Positions 53,057 to 64,000 of a DNA stretch of 64,000 nucleotides are shown piece after piece; the first letter of the stretch is position 1, and every line of letters begins with the position of its first letter. The DNA lies in assembly GCA_051362555.1 (NCBI GenBank), contig CM120641.1, forward strand, positions 19,716,001 through 19,780,000, written 5' to 3'. Origin of the DNA: Lingula anatina (taxonomy: Eukaryota > Animalia > Brachiopoda). The translations under genes and the position numbers were made by a program. A model generated the notes under the pieces. The model made no database searches. It saw nothing but the letters and a program-made list of their open reading frames with translations, and was not told the DNA's origin.

Positions 53057-54242
53057 CAAAACCTAAAACCTATTATAATGGAAAGGATGTTCAGTGCTGA
53101 TATATTCGCATTTTCATCTGATTATGATTTATCACGACCTTCTGGTCTATGGTGTGACAGGCTTATGTTCTTGCGTGATGTCAACTACCTTTTCATTCGA
53201 GCATATTTGGTCACGACATTTGCATTTAGTTTCACGTGTTTGAGTCTTTTGATATAAAACTCAGCCATGATGTCTCATCACTGAAAATAAGATGAAGCTA
53301 TTCCCGCTTTCCCATTATGCAAATAATCATATAATCATAATAATAACCAATATTATATGAATAATCGTGTTGTGTTGAAAAAAGCCTTAGTTTTGGCAGT
53401 GGAAGTTTCCCCGGACTGTTCTGCTTAATACAAAAAATACAGAAAGAAAACAGTTCAAAAACAAAACAGAGAAAATAAATGCAGCGATCGACAGAGAATC
53501 AACAAAAATGAAATCAGACTCAAAGCCTTGATCGAAACCGTGCCACTTCCACTGATTTATAGCATTGATGTTTTCTTGATGTTGACAGCTTCCTTCACTT
53601 AAAAAAGAAAATATTGCATGTCTCTCCTCCCCCTCTCTCTGGTTCACCAATCTCAGTGAAATATTGTTTTGGTTGCGATACGCAGACGAGTAGGGACCTT
53701 CTTATATAACTCCACTAACCTCAGTGAAAAATGATTTCGTTTGATCTCCCAAATGCGGGCTGCTCGGTTACGTTGACAGAAATACAGTGTCTGCATGTCA
53801 TATATTTGCATGCTGATTGTGGATTACATTCCATTTCCAATAGCTACAGTTACAGCTGCGTCCATATATTAAAACGTTCTAACACAGACGAAAGCTTGTA
53901 TTTCATAATGTCGAGCAAAACTAGTTTTTTCTCATATTCCGGTGTGCACAGTGTTACAAGAGAGCACATGTAGGTGTGAGAGGAAATCGCTATGACAAAA
54001 ATCCAGGTCCGAATGTTTGACTTCACCATCGTGGGCTGTGTCTCATTTCAATTACGAATAATAGGAGTGGTGAATCTGTGTCACACGGTGGGACTGCATT
54101 TAATTTGTCAAAGTATGGGCTGCCTAAATTTGCTGCATCACAGGGATGGCTTCAGGCCATTGTCTCACGGTCGCTACAAATAACCTGACATGTTGTTGCT
54201 TTTACAGTTTATGTGCACAGGGATGACTTCTAGGATAACACA

Positions 54243-54689
54243 ATGCAGACAGAGGAAGAGCTGCAGTATTATTCCCTTCGCAGGCATATGCGTCAGTTTA
54301 ACGACGAGTGCAACATTCGTGAAAAACTCTGGACAATGCGCCGCATGCGCAGGCTGAGGGATCTGAAACTGGCATCAAAGTTGAACCCTTACCATAAGGC
54401 GGGAAAAAGACTCTTACTGGTCAGTATTGGAAGCTGGGCCACAGGGGTTTTCTTGACTTTCTCGAGCTCTGTTTACAGTTTAGGGAAAGAGACAGTTTTT
54501 TGGAATTACCAACCTGCGACATTCCGCGCTATAGGTCTTGTATTTTTAATCCTAGGGGCTCTAACATTGATCACAGCGTATGTAATGTTGAAGTATCATC
54601 GAACTGGACCGCACATGTTACGACTTACAGAGCATGATGGCCTAACACTCAAAGCACAAGAGAACGACAATAAAAAATCAGAAGTGTAG
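54243..54689 (+). CDS. Uncharacterised 148-aa two-TM protein, distant paralogue of 50194-50769
   Basis: TM1 LLLVSIGSWATGVFLTF and TM2 AIGLVFLILGALTLITAYVML. Shares the RRxMxQF...RE...RxRR N-terminal pattern. Confidence 0.72.
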   Translation: MQTEEELQYYSLRRHMRQFNDECNIREKLWTMRRMRRLRDLKLASKLNPYHKAGKRLLLVSIGSWATGVFLTFSSSVYSLGKETVFWNYQPATFRAIGLVFLILGALTLITAYVMLKYHRTGPHMLRLTEHDGLTLKAQENDNKKSEV

Positions 54690-55329
54690 ACTGAACATGA
54701 GCCACATACGTTAAATAGTCAGCCAACATAATGGGTTTACAAGTGCGTGCTGATCATGCAAGTGCTTTTAGAAGTATTAGGAAATAATTCTCCGCACCTG
54801 CGTACCAGTTGGAATTTAGGTGCTTGAAAAGCGAGTCACCACATGCAAAGAGTGGATTTGATTCAAGCTCAACGTATTTCTCATACTGTTCTCAGAATAT
54901 CCAATCTCATTTCTTTTCGAATGTTTGTTTGTGTGTGCGCCTGCATTTTGAGACGTTAACGTCGGCAATCTTGATGCTTCACATTTATTAAAACACTGTA
55001 TCCGCTCGTGCGAACAGACGTAGCACGTATACCGGTACGTCTGTTTACACCTATAATCAATAGAATATATACACGTACCACTGAAAAGACCTGCGACTGT
55101 GCGCTGACTCTCTCTTACCTCTGGATTCGATGCAGATTTGAGTGATGGACACAAATTCCCTAAAGAACTGTCCCAATATACTGTCCTCGATATCTTAATG
55201 GGTTTTTCTGTTGCGTTTAAGAGAATTCTACGATTTTTTCTTTCCTCTTATTCCCATGACGACGTTTATAGAAAAAGAATCACTCTCAGAAAAGAAGTTA
55301 TGTCCAAACTGACTGGTATTCATACATAA

Positions 55330-55561
55330 CAGTGGCGGATTTAGAGGGGGGGGTCAGGGGGGTCCTGCCCCCCCCCCCCCCCTCCCCTTCGATTTCTGGT
55401 CCCTCCTTGAAATTAGAATTTTGTCTAGCTGAATCATATAGTTCTAAACCGTACCAAATGGCACCATTCGCCCTCTAAAATACCACGCCAAGTGGGGGAG
55501 GGGGGGGGGGTCGGCTTCGCATATGCGGAACCCCCTTCAAATAATCCTGGATCCGCCCCTG
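55330..55561. mobile_element. MITE with CAG(T/G)GGCGGAT TIRs and a 5-bp TSD
   Basis: cataa|cagtggcggattt ... gatccgcccctg|catag. Confidence 0.75.
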
Positions 55562-56479
55562 CATAGTGATTCCTGTGGCCAAGGCGGGCCATCAAGCACT
55601 CCAGTTTCATTTTACCATGAGATCTATCTAAGGCCATAAAGGCTACATGTAGGCCTATCTTTGTATCATTTTTGTATATTAGGCATTAAAACTCTTATTT
55701 TTCATTGTAAGCCCTTTCCCTCTCTTTCAAAACAAATAAAACTGAACCGATATTTTACAAAGATGCCTTGACAAAACAGTTTACTGAGTTTTAATACTAT
55801 ACGCTTTTTCAATAACTGCTATTCAAAGACATAGTGCAAAAGACCAATATTGATCGCTATTTCGCTACTTTCCTCTTGAGTGTCTAATGTCAGCTTTCTT
55901 TCATTCATTCAAATGCTTATCCATTATTATAATTATTAGTGTTGTTGTTATTGTTGTGATCCTGAAAGTATTTTTATCATTTTAAGCCTCCATGGATGCT
56001 TTTATAAATTGGGTCTTATTTATTCATTTATTTTTTAACAGTAAATAATTGTGAAGTGATTTATGTATTACACATTTAATTTGTATAAAAAGGCAAAAAC
56101 AAAGCCCCGTTTGAAAAAAGAAATGTCCCTATGCCCTTATAAAATATGTTTTATATGCGTGAAATAAAGTTATTTACTAACACACAGGCTTAAATAAAGT
56201 TACTTTTATATGTTAAATTCAGTAATATTAAACGTTTATAGTTAAAAAAATTGTAGTCTTCAGTGCATTTATTTTCTTCGACGTTATCAATTATTTGTCG
56301 CATTCGAGGAAAATGCATTTGACTGATATTTTAGGATCGTTTTTGAATTTAACATTGATTTTTCTTTCATTTTGCTTCTGAAGGATATATCTTGATGTCA
56401 GTAGAAATTTCCGTACGCTCCACACTTTTTTCGTTACATCATATGGAAGTTTTTTTTTAAGAATTAAATATTGCGAAGC

Positions 56480-56644
56480 TGGACTCGTATCTCGAAAGCA
56501 TGCATTGCGTAATGCGAATAGCGATATCACATAGAGGCTACAGTGTATGGGGCGAGTATGGACGAGTTATGGAATCGAGACGCTTGCGCCGGGCCCGGGG
56601 TAACTTTGGATTTTCTTTCTTTAGCTCGTCTTTGGAGAACTCAG
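56480..56644 (+). promoter_or_regulatory. PRPF3 promoter and non-coding first exon
   Basis: CpG-rich patch ending in a consensus donor CAG|gtaagt at 56645. The acceptor (T)n-cag ends at 57193, just before the ATG. Confidence 0.55.
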
Positions 56645-57208
56645 GTAAGTGCTGCCCTCTGTTACACACGGTACAGGCAAGAGTACAGGCAAGTCGACCA
56701 ATCGGAATGCTGTATTTGCTGTCGGCCATATTGAACGTGTAGTGTGCGAATCCGAATATGTGAAATGTATATTCTCTCTTTTTACCTAGTGAAAAGTTGA
56801 GCCTAGAGTGAAGCAGTAAGTTTCCACTTAACTTAATTAACTCAGCCTTTGTTGCTTGATGACTTTGGATACACTTGCAGTGCAACTGTATTGCTAATGT
56901 GACTAGAGTCGGCCTGTCTCAGTTGCATTTATTTATTTTGTAAGTTTACATGTTGCAAAGCATATTCGCTTAACGCGTCAGTTGTCTCTTTGCTGTATCA
57001 TTTTATGGATGTTGTAAACTCTTATAAGGATATAAATTGCGCACACTCGCAAGGCATGTCAACCTCGATAAAAAAGGATAATGGCATCCCCTTAATCGAT
57101 TCAAATGGTGAATACAGTTGTATCATTTTGAGCTTTTAATTACCGCCCATTTCATATTCATTTTAGTAACCATTTTCTCATTTTTTTTTTCAGAGAAAAG
57201 CAGTGATA

Positions 57209-63864
<6,656 letters not shown>

Positions 63865-64000
63865 TTTAAAAACGAGAGTTTTGAGATCGGTCAAATGTAC
63901 TTCCAGTTGTGCACAGCTTACTGGATAGCTTTAGCTAGCATTGCTGAAGATTTTATTCAGCTGAGAGATTGTCAGTTTCAGATAAAACATGCCACTACAG

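Overview
AT-rich, intron-rich eukaryotic DNA, probably from an invertebrate such as a mollusc (inferred from mosaic CpG content and the repeat families). There is no prokaryotic, CRISPR, rRNA or tRNA signal. All genes I could model are on the + strand. (1) 0.1-18.1 kb is a tandem-duplicated lamin B receptor / delta14-sterol reductase locus. Module A carries the Tudor and RS exons, and its reductase domain is open but has lost the conserved catalytic and NADPH-site residues. Module B has the canonical enzyme motifs but no Tudor/RS exons of its own. (2) 25.9-45.8 kb holds three tandem type-I membrane genes with a signal peptide, an IgGFc-binding N-terminal domain, a DxDNDCDG acidic motif, a mucin stalk of variable length, a TM helix and a motif-rich tail. 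They show segmental duplication and patchwork similarity. (3) 50.2-54.7 kb holds two distantly paralogous small 2-TM proteins of PIRT/TMEM100-like architecture, each with a single coding exon. (4) 56.6-63.9 kb is a complete PRPF3 gene with 18 coding exons. Introns and intergenic DNA contain Tc1 relics, Helentron-type satellite-carrying elements (two large copies in inverted orientation), and MITEs with TTAA, TAA and 5-bp target duplications. Exon coordinates were read by hand from GT-AG sites and frame continuity and are not confirmed by transcripts.
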